From contig CAUYUJ010000321.1 of assembly GCA_963575745.1 (NCBI GenBank), positions 1 through 64,000 on the forward strand: DNA of 64,000 bases, given 5' to 3'. Source of the stretch: Prorocentrum cordatum. Taxonomy: Eukaryota. Under the pieces are notes generated by a model. That model saw only the letters and a program-made list of their open reading frames with translations. It was not told the DNA's origin and made no database searches. Every line of letters begins with the position of its first letter. Positions within the stretch are counted from its first letter, which is position 1. The translations under genes and the position numbers were made by a program. Below are positions 1 to 12,720 of this stretch, piece by piece.

Positions 1-213
1 TTGGTTGCAATTGGAACCGCCCTGCACGTAGCACCAGCTCTGGTTCCAATCCGCCGTGGCGCTGCAGCCCTCGTACGCCTCCATAACCCCGTCGCCATCG
101 CCATCGTAGGTCCACTCCGTCATGCAGTCGCAGTCGCCGTTTTCGCCGATCACGAAACTGACCAAGGCCGCGCAAAGGACGGCTGCGAACTCCATGACGA
201 TTGATTTGGCCAT
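1..213 (-). CDS. 5' part of Cys/Trp-repeat secreted surface protein, copy 1 (runs off the left edge)
   Basis: ATG at 213. Translates MAKSIVMEFAAVLCAALVSFVIGENGDCDCMTEWTYDGDGDGVMEAYEGC..., nearly identical to the gene starting at 8281 (offset 8068). Confidence 0.85.
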   Translation of the reverse strand, partial: MAKSIVMEFAAVLCAALVSFVIGENGDCDCMTEWTYDGDGDGVMEAYEGCSATADWNQSWCYVQGGSNCNQ

Positions 214-2639
214 CGGTAACCGCGCGCCTCTGGGGATTGCAAATTGGATCACGAGGCCAGCGTCGCAATTTTCTCGACTGAACCAAATTTGCTCGAGACG
301 AAATGTCCACGAAGGCTTCTATGTACGCGTTTCGGGAGGCCTCAGGACAGCCATATGGCACAAATGCAATGCTCCTCATCGCGTTCCTCTTCACACCCCC
401 TCGTCATTCCACTCCTCCTCGTCCTGCTTTTCCTTCTGCCCCCCCTCACATCCTCAGAATGATCACATTCGTCCTCATCCTCATCCTCGTCGTCGTCATC
501 TTCATCTTGCTCCTCCAATGTTCCAAGGCCGCCCGAGGACGGCGTCAAGGAAACCGAAAAAGCAGGAGGCAGGACGGCGTTGTGTCAACCGAAGACAGCC
601 ACAAAACAACCACGTGACAATGTGATGCCACAACAAACGTTGCTCAAACCGTCACTACATCATGACGCGTCGCATCGTTCGATGGGCACCCGTGCGCGGC
701 TTGCTGACAGGGCCCCCCAACAGCAAGCGCCGCATGTTAACGCATTCGTGTTCTAACTCCTGCTCCTCCTCCTTCTCCATCTCCCCAGAGGACACGAAGT
801 GTCACACATTACTGCCTACTCGTCGCCACCCAGAAAGCTGAGCTCGTACAATGGCGGGACTTGCCACAAGCAGCTGGATAACATCACAGCATCACCATAA
901 GGGCAAAATTAAATATTGTGGCGGACAACAACCACACCATCGCAAACAACCTGGTGTCTCCCCGCTTCCGGGACATCCAACGCTTTAATCCAGCGGGCAA
1001 TGCTTTCACTGGGGCGCACAGCATATCTGCCGACCCCCGCTTGCCAGGCGTGGGTGACAAGGCACGTGAGATGATTGGCTGCCTCCCTCCCCTGTCCCAG
1101 CCCGCTATGGTCCAGGATCAGGGCGTTAGGGTTAGGGTTCTAAGGTTAGGGCAGTAGCGGTAGGGTCTTTGGGTTCGGGTCTTGGGGACTTGTTCTGAGG
1201 GTTCGGATATTCCGACTGAGGTCTTACAAATCCGCAGATCTGGCGTGTGAGTTTCAAAGACCCTCAAATATAGCCTGAGCCTCAGTTATTGAGCTTCAGC
1301 TCTGCTGGGGGGGGGGCCGGGGGGGCTCTGCCAGGGTAGGGGGGGGGGAGGTCGAATCGACTTTGGTTGCAAAATCGGAGCTCCAGCTCACTCCAGGTCG
1401 GCCCCTCGCCCCGGAGAACTCGAACCCGGGCTCATAAAAAACCCAGCGGCCGCCCAGACGGCCCAAGAGGGCCTTGAGTGGCCGAAAGGTCGCCCCAAGA
1501 CGCTCAATATGTTCCTCAGACGGCTCCAGAAGCCTCCAACGTACCCTCCCGATACCTCCTAAGAGTGCCCAAAGACGGAACGTTTGCCCCACTCCTTTGT
1601 CTCGCGCGTGTTGCTCCGAACACTATCCGCCACCGTGCCCCCTGGCGCGTATGGCGCGCTCGAATGCTAAGTGATGTCTGGCGCGGTTTCTGTAAGCTCT
1701 AAGGGTTCCCCCTTCGTGGCGCGCATCGCCCGCTCTTCTCGAGGCTCCCTGGGCTCCCTCACGCCTGGCGCACACTCTCCAAGGCGTCCAAGATGCCTTT
1801 CATGACAGCCAAGGCAAGCCAAGAAGGCCTCTGAGATGGCCCAAGAGCGTTCAAAGACGGAACAAGATAGACCCAATATGACCCACGATGGCCTCAGGAC
1901 CGACCAAGAGGCCTGCAAGACGGCCCAAGGAGGTTCCCAAGAAAGTGGTGTTTGTCAATTGGTTTCCATTATGTTCGCATTGTGGTTTGTTTGAGTTTTC
2001 GTCGGCTCAAGACGACCCGGGAGGCTTTCAAGACGGCCTCGCGACGGTCCAAAAGGGTCCTTGGAAAGCCCAGGACGGACTCAGCAGGAGTGCCCTTAAG
2101 CTGCCCCTAAGGGCATCTGAGGACGCCAGTGGACGTAAGAGGACCCCGACGCCCAAGGAGACTCACGACGGCCCAAGGGAAACCCCAGGGTCTCCAAGAC
2201 TGCGCCTCGCGATCAAAGGACCACCATCTGATATCCATTGTGGTCCTGCAAAAGTGAAACGACGGTGTCACCTATGGTGGTGTTCCTCTTCGTTTTTGTC
2301 GTTGCCCTTCGCGTCCTCATCATCATCACCGCCATGATCGTCATCGACGTCCTCATGATCACCACGATCACCTTCATAACCACAACCACCACAACCATCA
2401 TCAGCAACATCATCAGCATCATCAAAATCCGCCGGCCCCCTTGTGGGGCCACCAGGCTGTAGGCGCGAGGTTCGCAGTTTCCTGTACCAGTCGTAGGTTG
2501 TAGTTTCCAGTGTTACAGTTCTGCTTCTTGCTGGTTACTGTAACTAGTTGATTGACCGCGCGAGGGGGGGGGAGGCCCAAACGGGATTTTTAGCACCCCC
2601 TGGGCGCGTTGTCTGAATTGCTGGAGGGGCTCGAAATCG

Positions 2640-3155
2640 ACACCCCTCACACAGATCCGCGGGGTCAGGGTCGAAAAACACATGGGATTTGCCACATTTC
2701 TGAAATTCGGTGCCACCCCTCACGCAGATCCGCGGGGTCAGGGTCCAAAAACACATGGGATTTGCCACATTTCTGAAATTCGGTGCCACCCCTCACGCAG
2801 ATCCGCGGGGTCAGGGTCCAAAAGCACAGGGGATTTGCCACATTTCTGAAAGTCGGTGCCACCCCTCACGCAGATCCGCGGGGTCAGGGTCCAAAAACAC
2901 ATAGGATTTGCCACATTTCTGAAATTCGGTGCCACCCCTCACGCAGATCCGCGGGGTCAGGGTCCAAAAACACATGGGATTTGCCACATTTCTGAAATTC
3001 GGTGCCACCCCGCACGCAGATCCGCGGGGTCAGGGTCCAAAAACACATGGGATTTGCCACATTTCTGAAATTCGGTGCCACCCCTCACGCAGATCCGCGA
3101 GGTCAGGGTCCAAAAACATACGGGATTTGCCATAATAAATGGGGGGGGGGGGGGT

Positions 3156-3193
<38 letters not shown>

Positions 3194-3360
3194 GGGGGAA
3201 AAATTGGGGTGGGGGGGGGGAGGGGGGGGGGGGGGGGGGTGGGGGGGGGGGGGTAAATTATCTGAAATCGGCGCCACCCCTCACGCAGATCCGCGGGGTC
3301 AGGGTCCAAAAACACATGGGATTTGCCACATTTCTGAAATTCGGTGCCACCCCTCACGCA
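2640..3360. repeat. 73-bp minisatellite, interrupted by a poly-G tract
   Basis: Unit cacccctcacgcagatccgcggggtcagggtccaaaaacacatgggatttgccacatttctgaaattcggtgc. The ORF track recurs every 73 nt. Confidence 0.95.
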
Positions 3361-3631
3361 CATCAATCGCAAGGCGTGGTAACCCAAACTGCGAGTACTC
3401 CCTCGGCCCTTTAATCCCATGGTGTGGTAACCAAGCTCGTAAACCATACACGTCTTACCAATCGCCCTGTGTGGTAACCCCTCTTGTGATCAGTTGGTTT
3501 TGCCGATTGCGAATCGGCCTCGCATGAATTTCCGATACTGCTGCACGACAGCGCCAAAGCCTCATGACTTAGCTCTTCCATGGCCCATTCTCCGAGAGAG
3601 GGGGCCGGCGGCAGGGGGCGAAGCCCTTACG

Positions 3632-3796
3632 GATCATCATCGTCGTCGTAATCCTTATCAGCATCAGCATCATCATGAGCATCCTCATCACCATCATCAT
3701 CGTCATCAACATCACCATCACCATCACCATCATCATCATCATCATCCTCATCATCATCCTCATCATCATCATCATCTTCATCATCATTATCATCAC

Positions 3797-3859
<63 letters not shown>

Positions 3860-3860
3860 G
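3632..3860. repeat. (CAT)n microsatellite
   Basis: Direct observation. A shorter version lies at ~11358-11465. Confidence 0.95.
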
Positions 3861-4539
3861 TTGTTCATCCAACCGATTCCGCCACAATCCCCTTCTCCTC
3901 CTCATCATCCTCATCTTCTCCCCGTCATCTTCCTGATCCCCTCATGGTGGTCTTACTCACGACCATCATCCGCGGAACCCAAACCAGAATGATCATCATG
4001 ATAATCAGTATCATCATCATCATCACCAGCATCACCATCGCCAACATGGCAATCATGCTGACGATGATGCTGGGAGCAACTGCCGCCGACAATGCTGGGC
4101 TAGCACGGTGGCGGGACTTGCCGCAGGCACCTGAATAGCTGCGACGAGATGATGGCATCCTCCATTGCTCAGCTGTCTTTCGTGCTATGTATGAAAACGT
4201 CAAATATGGCCCGATATGATCCACGATAATCTTCGTCAGGCCCCTATGTGGCCCCCGGAGACGGCGCAATGAGGCCAAGCAAAACTCACAATGTCTTACA
4301 GAGGCCACTACGCAACCCCAAAACAGAACAATGTGTCCACGAAGGCTCAGCTGGAAAGAACACAAACCAAACCCAAAAGTAAATATGCAAACAAATTTAG
4401 TTCCGATAAGTATGCTATGTATGTAGAACCTGTGTGAAACGCACTGTTTGTTGTAGGATTCCCAATACATGAACGCGTACGAAAACGTAGGTCGACAAGC
4501 CGCGGGTGCCTGCTGGAGCCCCGTCGCGCCTTCCCCTTG

Positions 4540-4770
4540 TCTTAAGGTCAGGGTCTCAGGTTTAGGATTTGATGGCTATGGTCTTAGGGCTAGGGGGTCT
4601 TAGGGGGTGTGTATTAGAAATGGGGTCTGCGGGCTAGGGCAAACGGGTTATAGTTGCAGGTTTAGGGTATGAGGCGTATGGCCGTAGGATTAGCACATGA
4701 GGGCTGGGGCTTCCGGGCTAGGGCATTCGGCTTGGAGTTCTAGGGCTAGGGCCTTCGGGTTGGGGTCTGC
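4540..4770 (+). repeat. Degenerate telomere-like (TAGGG-rich) tract
   Basis: Repeated tttagg/ttaggg/ctaggg words. A shorter tract lies at ~1123-1165 and ~9191-9233. Confidence 0.45.
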
Positions 4771-5694
4771 ATCATCATCGCCATCATCAACAGGATCATT
4801 GTGATCACCATGAACAACCATCAGCACAATGACCAGCATACTCATCAATCATCAACATCGCTATCATCATCATCATTCGCCCAGCCGTCACCAGAGTCAT
4901 CATCAGCACCATAATCATATTTACCACGATAGACATCATCACTACCATCATCAGAGGCAGCATGACCGCTACCACCACCAACATCATCACCATCACCAGC
5001 ATAATCATCCGCATCCTCATCATCACAATCAACATCATCATCATCAGCATCACCATCATCGTCACGGTCGCCACATTTACAACCAGCACCCTCAGCATCA
5101 TTTTCAGCGTCATCCCGTACCAGGGCATGTGTGCGGCTCGCACGCGCTTAAACTATCTTAAATGCGCGTTGCATGCTGGCGGGCATGGCATTGGTAGAAT
5201 GAAGAAGATGGAGAGGATCAGGAGGGAGCGGAGAGGAAACGGGGGGTAAGGACAATAACGAGGGGCAAAGGATGAGGAGCAGCAGGCAATGAGACAAACA
5301 ATGAACCAGCCAGCCCAGACAAAAGTCCTCGCGTGGGCCTCACGCGGGCTGCAACAGCGCAGCTGCGCAACAGCAAGTTCGCGGCTCGCGGCGCTTTCAA
5401 AGTCAAAATTAAAACCCAGAACTGGTTCGAAGCTTCGAGCCTCGAAAAGGACTCGCTGGATCCTCCCCCCCCCGTCGCCCTCCCCACAGATCTCAAGCAA
5501 AATTGGAAGGCAACATGGGAAGCGGCCGTTGGAACGCAGAAGACACTGGGCAGCAGGAGCGGACTCTCCAGTCAGAACAGAACTCTGTCCAGCTCGAACT
5601 ATAATCCCATGGTCAAGTACTAGATGGCCGCCCCATACGCAGGGGTCATGACCCCCCCCAAGCTCTGCCACATAATTATCTCTGCGCCCCAGCC

Positions 5695-8281
5695 TCACGC
5701 ACAGGCGGTCGAAAGAATAACAGCGATGATGGCTGCGGTCATGGTCGGCTCTCCAACGCCTGAGGCACTCTCGATGTCCGGCGCCGGCGTCGGCGAGGGG
5801 GTCGACGGGGTGCATTCAAGCCACTTGCGCGTCTCGCCGGCCACGGTGGAGTCCAAGGCCTGGTTGCAGTTAGAGCCGCCCTGCACGTAGCACCACGTCT
5901 GGTTCCAGTCGGCCGTGGCGCTGCAGCCCTCGTACGACTCCATAACCCCGTCGGCATCGCCATCGTAGTTCCACTCCGTCATGCAGTTGCAGGAGCCGCA
6001 CTCGCGCCACTTGCGCGTCTCGCTGGCCACGGTGGAGTCCAGGGCCTGGTCACAATTGGAACCGCCCTGTACGTAGCACCAGCTCTGGTTCCAGTCCGCT
6101 GTGGCGCTGCAGCCCTCGTACGACTCCATAACCCCGTCGGCATCGCCATCGTAGTTCCACTCCGTCATGCCAGTTGCAGGAGCGCACTCGCGGCCACTTG
6201 CGTGTCTCGCGGCCACGGTGGAGTTCAGGCTTGGTTGCCAATTGGACGCCCTGACGTAGCACCAGCCTCTGGTTGCCGAATCGCGTGGCGCTGCAGCCCT
6301 CGTACGACTCGCCAGCGTAGTTCCACTCCGTCATGCAGTTGCAGGAGCCGCACTCGCGCCACTTCCGCGTCTCGCCGGCCACGGTGGAGTCCAGGGCTTG
6401 GTTGCAGTTGGAGCCGCCCTGCACGTAGCACCAACTCTGGTCCCAGTCGGCCGTGGCGCTGCAGCCCTCGTACGACTCCATGACCCCGTCGGCATCGCCA
6501 TCGTAGTTATCCTCTCCACTCGGTCATGCAGTTGCAGGAGCCGCACTCGCGCAACTTGCGCGCTCCGCCAGCCACGGTGAGTCCTGGGCCTGATTGCATT
6601 GGAGCCGCCCTGCAGTAGCCACAGTTTGGTCCAGTTCGGCCGTGGCGCTGCAGCCTCGTACGCCTCATAACCCGTCGGCATCGCCATCGTAGTTCCACTC
6701 CGTCATGCAGTTGCAGGAGCCGCACTCGCGCCACTTGCGCGTCTCGCCGGCCACGGTGGAGTTCAGGGCTTGGTTGCAATTGGAACCGCCCTGCACGTAG
6801 CACCAGCTCTGGTCCCAGTCCGCTGTGGCGCTGCAGCCCTCGTACGCCTCCATAACCCCGTCGGCATCGCCATCGTAGTTCCACTCCGTCATGCAGTTGC
6901 AGGAGCCGCACTCGCGCCACTTGCGCGTCTCGCCGGCCACAGTGGAGTTCAGGGCTTGGTTGCAATTGGAACCGCCCTGCACGTAGCACCAGCTCTGGTC
7001 CCAGTCCGCCGTGGCGCTGCAGCCCTCGTACGCCTCCATAACCCCGTCGCCATCGCCATCGTAGTTCCACTCCGTCATGCAGTTGCAGGAGCCGCACTCG
7101 CGCCACTTGCGCGTCTCGCCAGCCACGGTGGAATTCAGGTACTGGTTGCAATTGGAGCCGCCCTGCACGTAGCACCAGCTCTGGTCCCAGTCGGCCGTGG
7201 CGCTGCAGCCCTCGTACGACTCCATAACCCCGTCGGCATCGCCCATCGTTAGTTCACTCGTCATGCAGTTGCAGGAGCCGCACTCGCGCCACTTGCGCGT
7301 TCTCCCCAGCACGGTGGAGTCTGGGCCTGGTTGCAATTGGAGCCGCCGCACGTTTAGAGCACCAGCTCTGGTCCCAGTCGTCCGTGGCGCTGCAGCCTCG
7401 TACGCCTCCTATAACCGTAGGCATCGCATGTAGTTCCACTCCGTCATTCAGTTGCAGGAGGCCGCACTCGCGCACTTGCCTAGTCTCGCCAGCCACGGTA
7501 TGGGTCCGGGCCTGGTTGCAATGGGAGCCGCCCTGCACGTCGGCACCAGCTCTGGTCCAATCTGGCCGTGGCGATGCAGCTCCGTACGCCTCCATAAAAC
7601 CCGGTCGGCTCTGGCACGAGGGGAGGTCCCGTCATGCAGTGCAGGAGCCGCACTCGCGCCACTTGCGCGTCTCGCCGGCCACGGTGGAGTTCAGGGCCTG
7701 GTTGCAGTTGGAACCGCCCTGCACGTAGCACCAGCTCTGGTCCCAGTCCGCCGTGGCGCTGCAGCCCTCGTACGACTCCATAACCCCGTCGGCATCGCCA
7801 TCGTAGTTCCACTCCGTCATGCAGTTGCAGGAGCCGCATTCGCGCCACTTGCGCGTCTCGCCGGCCACGGTGGAGTTCTGGGCTTGGTTGCAATTGGAAC
7901 CGCCCTGTACGTAGCACCAGCTCTGGTTCCAGTCCGCTGTGGCGCTGCAGCCCTCGTACGACCCATAACCCCGTCGGCATCGCCATCGTAGTTCCACTCC
8001 GTCATGCAGTTGCAGGAGCCGCACTCGCGCCACTTGCGCGTCTCGCCGGCCACGGTGGAGTTCTGGGCTTGGTTGCAATTGGAACCGCCCTGCACGTAGC
8101 ACCAGCTCTGGTTCCAATCCGCCGTGGGGCTGCAGCCCTCGTACGCCTCCATAACCCCGTCGGCATCGCCATCGTAGGTCCACTCCGTCATGCAGTCGCA
8201 GTCGCTGTTTTCGCCGATCACGCAACTGACCAAGGCCGCGCAAAGGACGGCTGCGAACTCCATGACGATTGATTTGGCCAT
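5695..8281 (-). CDS. Secreted, probably GPI-anchored protein with 13 tandem 62-aa Cys/Trp modules (fibronectin-II/kringle-like spacing); frameshifted as assembled
   Basis: Hydrophobic N-terminus (MEFAAVLCAALVSCVIG). 186-nt repeats encode CNCMTEWNYDGDADGVMESYEGCSATADWDQSWCYVQGGSNCNQALNSTVAGETRKWRECGS. Pro/Ser/Thr linker (TPSTPSPTPAP) and hydrophobic C-tail (TMTAAIIAVILSTACA*). Most indels fall at ~6170-6670 and ~7240-7640. Confidence 0.85.
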
Positions 8282-11200
8282 CGGTAACCGCGCGCCTCTG
8301 GGGATTGCAAATTGGATCACGAGGCCAGCGTCGCAATTTTCTCGACTGAACCAAATTTGCTCGAGACGAAATGTCCACGAAGGCTTCTATGTACGCGTTT
8401 CGGGAGGCCTCAGGACAGCCATATGGCACAAATGCAATGCTCCTCATCGCGTTCCTCTTCACACCCCCTCGTCTTTCCACTCCTCCTCGTCCTGCTTTTC
8501 CTTCTGCCCCCCCTCACATCCTCAGAATGATCACATTCATCCTCATCCTCATCCTCGTCGTCGTCATCTTCATCTTGCTCCTCCAATGTTCCAAGGCCGC
8601 CCGAGGACGGCGTCAAGGAAACCGAAAAAGCAGGAGGCAGGACGGCGTTGTGTCAACCGAAGACAGCCACAAAACAACCACGTGACAATGTGATGCCACA
8701 ACAAACGTTGCTCAAACCGTCACTACATCATGACGCGTCGCATCGTTCGATGGGCACCCGTGCGCGGCTTGCTGACAGGGCCCCCCAACAGCAAGCGCCG
8801 CATGTTAACGCATTCGTGTTCTAACTCCTGCTCCTCCTCCTTCTCCATCTCCCCAGAGGACACGAAGTGTCACACATTACTGCCTACTCGTCGCCACCCA
8901 GAAAGCTGAGCTCGTACAATGGCGGGACTTGCCACAAGCAGCTGGATAACATCACAGCATCACCATAAGGGCAAAATTAAATATTGTGGCGGACAACAAC
9001 CACACCATCGCAAACAACCTGGTGTCTCCCCGCTTCCGGGACATCCAACGCTTTAATCCAGCGGGCAATGCTTTCACTGGGGCGCACAGCATATCTGCCG
9101 ACCCCCGCTTGCCAGGCGTGGGTGACAAGGCACGTGAGATGATTGGCTGCCTCCCTCCCCTGTCCCAGCCCGCTATGGTCCAGGATCAGGGCGTTAGGGT
9201 TAGGGTTCTAAGGTTAGGGCAGTAGCGGTAGGGTCTTTGGGTTCGGGTCTTGGGGACTTGTTCTGAGGGTTCGGATATTCCGACTGAGGTCTTACAAATC
9301 CGCAGATCTGGCGTGTGAGTTTCAAAGACCCTCAAATATAGCCTGAGCCTCAGTTATTGAGCTTCAGCTCTGCTGGGGGGGGGGCCGGGGGGGCTCTGCC
9401 AGGGTAGGGGGGGGGGAGGTCGAGTCGACTTTGGTTGCAAAATCGGAGCTCCAGCTCACTCCAGGTCGGCCCCTCGCCCCGGAGAACTCGAACCCGGGCT
9501 CATAGAAAACCCAGCGGCCGCCCAGACGGCCCAAGAGGGCCTTGAGTGGCCGAAAGGTCGCCCCAAGACGCTCAATATGTTCCTCAGACGGCTCCAGAAG
9601 CCTCCAACGTACCCTCCCGATACCTCCTAAGAGTGCCCAAAGACGGAACGTTTGCCCCACTCCTTTGTCTCGCGCGTGTTGCTCCGAACACTATCCGCCA
9701 CCGTGCCCCCTGGCGCGTATGGCGCGCTCGAATGCTAAGTGATGTCTGGCGCGGTTTCTGTAAGCTCTAAGGGTTCCCCCTTCGTGGCGCGCATCGCCCG
9801 CTCTTCTCGAGGCTCCCTGGGCTCCCTCACGCCTGGCGCACACTCTCCAAGGCGTCCAAGATGCCTTTCATGACAGCCAAGGCAAGCCAAGAAGGCCTCT
9901 GAGATGGCCCAAGAGCGTTCAAAGACGGAACAAGATAGACCCAATATGACCCACGATGGCCTCAGGACCGACCAAGAGGCCTGCAAGACGGCCCAAGGAG
10001 GTTCCCAAGAAAGTGGTGTTTGTCAATTGGTTTCCATTATGTTCGCATTGTGGTTTGTTTGAGTTTTCGTCGGCTCAAGACGACCCGGGAGGCTTTCAAG
10101 ACGGCCTCGCGACGGTCCAAAAGGGTCCTTGGAAAGCCCAGGACGGACTCAGCCAGGAGTGCCTGAAGCTGCCCCTAAGGGGCCTCTGGAGGGACTCCAG
10201 AGGACGTAAGAGGACCCCTGGACGGCCCAAGGCAGACTCACGACGGCCCAAGGGAAACCCCAGGGGCTCCAAGACTGCGCCTCGCGAGCAAAGACGCACC
10301 AACTGATATCCATGTGGTCCTGCAAAAGTGAAACGACGGTGTCACCTATGGTGGTGTTCCTCTTCGTTTTTGTCGTTGCCCTTCGCGTCCTCATCATCAT
10401 CACCGCCATGATCGTCATCGACGTCCTCATGATCACCACGATCACCTTCATAACCACAACCACCACAACCATCATCAGCAACATCATCAGCATCATCAAA
10501 ATCCGCCGGCCCCCTTGTGGGGCCACCAGGCTGTAGGCGCGAGGTTCGCAGTTTCCTGTACCAGTCGTAGGTTGTAGTTTCCAGTGTTACAGTTCTGCTT
10601 CTTGCTGGTTACTGTAACTAGATGATTGACCGCGCGAGGAGGGGGGGAGGCCCAAACGGGATTTTAGCACCCCCTGGGCGCGTTGTCTGAATTGCTGGGG
10701 GGGCTCGAAATCGACACCCCTCACGCAGATCCGCGGGGTCAGGGTCCAAAAACACATGGGATTTGCCACATTTCTGAAATTCGGTGCCACCCCTCACGCA
10801 GATCCGCGGGGTCAGGGTCCAAAAACACATGGGATTTGCCACATTTCTGAAATTCGGTGCCACCCCTCACGCAGATCCGCGGGGTCAGGGTCCAAAAACA
10901 CATGGGATTTGCCACATTTCTGAAATTCGGTGCCACCCCTCACGCAGATCCGCGGGGTCAGGGTCCAAAAACACAAGGGATTTGCCACATTTCTGAAATT
11001 CGGTGCCACCCCTCAAAAACGCAGATTTGCCATTTCTGAAATTCGGGGTCAGGGTCCAAAAACACAGGGGATTTGCCACATTTCTGAAATTCGGTGCCAC
11101 CCCTCACGCACATCCATCGGGGTAACCCAAACTGCGAGTATCCGGCCCTTCTTGTGTGACAAGCTCGTAAACCATACACGTCTTACCAATCGCCTGTGTG

Positions 11201-12105
11201 GTAACCCTCTTGTGATCAGTTGGTTTTGCCGATTGCGAATCGGCCTCGCATGAATTTCCGATACTGCTGCACGACAGCGCCAAAGCCTCATGACTTAGCT
11301 CTTCCATGGCCCATTCTCCGAGAGAGGGGGCCGGCGGCAGGGGGCGAAGCCCTTACGGATCATCATCGTCGTCGTAATCCTTATCAGCATCAGCATCATC
11401 ATGAGCATCCTCATCACCATCATCATCGTCATCAACATCACCATCACCATCATCATCATCATCATGTTGTTCATCCAACCGATTCCGCCACAATCCCCTT
11501 CTCCTCTTCATCATCCTCACCTTCTCCCCGTCATCTTCCTGATCCCCTCATGGTGGTCTTACTCACGACCATCATCCGCGGAACCCAAACCAGAATGATC
11601 ATCATGATAATCATTATCATCATCATCACCACAATCACCATCGCCAACATGGCAATCATGCTGACGATGATGCTGGGAGCAACTGCCGCCGACAATGCTG
11701 GGCTAGCGCGGTGGCGGGACTTGCCGCAGGCACCTGAATAGCTGCGACGAGATGATGGCATCCTCCATTGCTCAGCTGTCTTTCGTGCTATGTATGAAAA
11801 CGTCAAACATGGCCCGATATGATCCACGATAATCTTCGTCAGGCCCCTATGTGGCCCCCGGAGACGGCGCAATGAGGCCAAGCAAAACTCACAATGTCTT
11901 ACAGAGGCCACTACGCAACCCCAAAACAGAACAATGTGTCCACGAAGGCTCAGCTGGAAAGAACACAAACCAAACCCAAAAGTAAATATGCAAACAAATT
12001 TAGTTCAGATAATTATGCTATGTATGTAGAACCTGTGTGAAACGCACTGTTTGTTGTAAGATTCCCAATACCTGAACGCGTACGAAAACGTAGGTCGATA
12101 AGCCG
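8069..12105. repeat. Tandem segmental duplication, copy 2 (partner 1-4502)
   Basis: Same sequence as 1-4502 with shorter 73-bp satellite and (CAT)n tracts. Confidence 0.95.
10715..11110. repeat. 73-bp minisatellite (second array, ~5 units, one rearranged)
   Basis: Same unit as 2640-3360. Confidence 0.95.
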
Positions 12106-12409
12106 GGCGCTTCATACCCGCGCGCGTTCATCTCTCATAAATTCGCTTTTTGTAATGCAAGTCTGAAAACAAAAAAGGACGTTACCTGTAATTTCAAAAG
12201 CATCGGCCGCACATAGTGATGATAAGCGTCATCCACCTGCCAGAGGAAAGCAGTGTGTCCTTATTAATATGGATGCATGAATATTCGGCTGATCGCCTCG
12301 GCTGAAAAACCTATAACGATTAATTTACGCCGTCGCTGTTGAACGTGATGGTGATGATGGTATGGTGACGCGAAGGGGAAATCGACGGCCAAAGATGAGA
12401 GGATGTCCA

Positions 12410-12720
12410 AGGCGAGACTGGCCCGACCACCTCACGGCAGGGGATCTCTGAACCCAGAGTTGCGAAGATATCGCAGTCGAGACTGGCCCGACGACGTCAG
12501 GCCAGGGGATCTCCAAACCCAGAGTTGCGAGGATGTCTCAGGCGGAATTGGCTGGACCACCTCGCGCGGGGCATCCCTGAGCCAAAGGATGGAAGAATCT
12601 CTCGGGCGAGACTGGCCCGACCACCTCCGGTCAAAGGATAACTGAGCCCGGAGTTGCGAAGATGTCTTAAGCGAAACAGGACGGACCACCTCGAACCTGA
12701 ACGGACCTCGGACGGACCAA
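12410..12720. repeat. ~65-bp degenerate tandem repeat
   Basis: gactggcccgac at ~12416, 12481 and 12610; gagttgcga at ~12457, 12522 and 12651. Confidence 0.8.

Larger units (their letters stand above)
1..4502. repeat. Tandem segmental duplication, copy 1 (partner 8069-12105)
   Basis: Near-identical sequence and ORFs at offset 8068 (e.g. 122/8190, 918/8986, 1888/9956). Homology ends at ...aaaacgtaggtcga(c/t)aagccg. Confidence 0.95.

Noticed and set aside
1995..2011. ttttcgtcggctcaag as an SL relic
   Set aside because: It is embedded in a ggcccaag-type degenerate repeat with no downstream gene.
3140..3252. Long poly-G tract as a G-quadruplex element
   Set aside because: It interrupts the satellite and is absent from the duplicate copy, so it is most likely a sequencing or polishing artefact. 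The poly-C at 37805-37841 is similarly suspect.
2640..3360. 73-bp regular repeats as a CRISPR array
   Set aside because: Units are fully repeated with no unique spacers, there are no cas genes, and the context is eukaryotic.
4540..4770. True telomere or chromosome end
   Set aside because: The repeats are highly degenerate and internal to the duplicated region.
6170..7640. Frameshifts in the surface-protein gene as programmed recoding or pseudogenisation
   Set aside because: Indels come in dense patches between clean repeats, typical of unpolished long-read error. This cannot be decided without reads.
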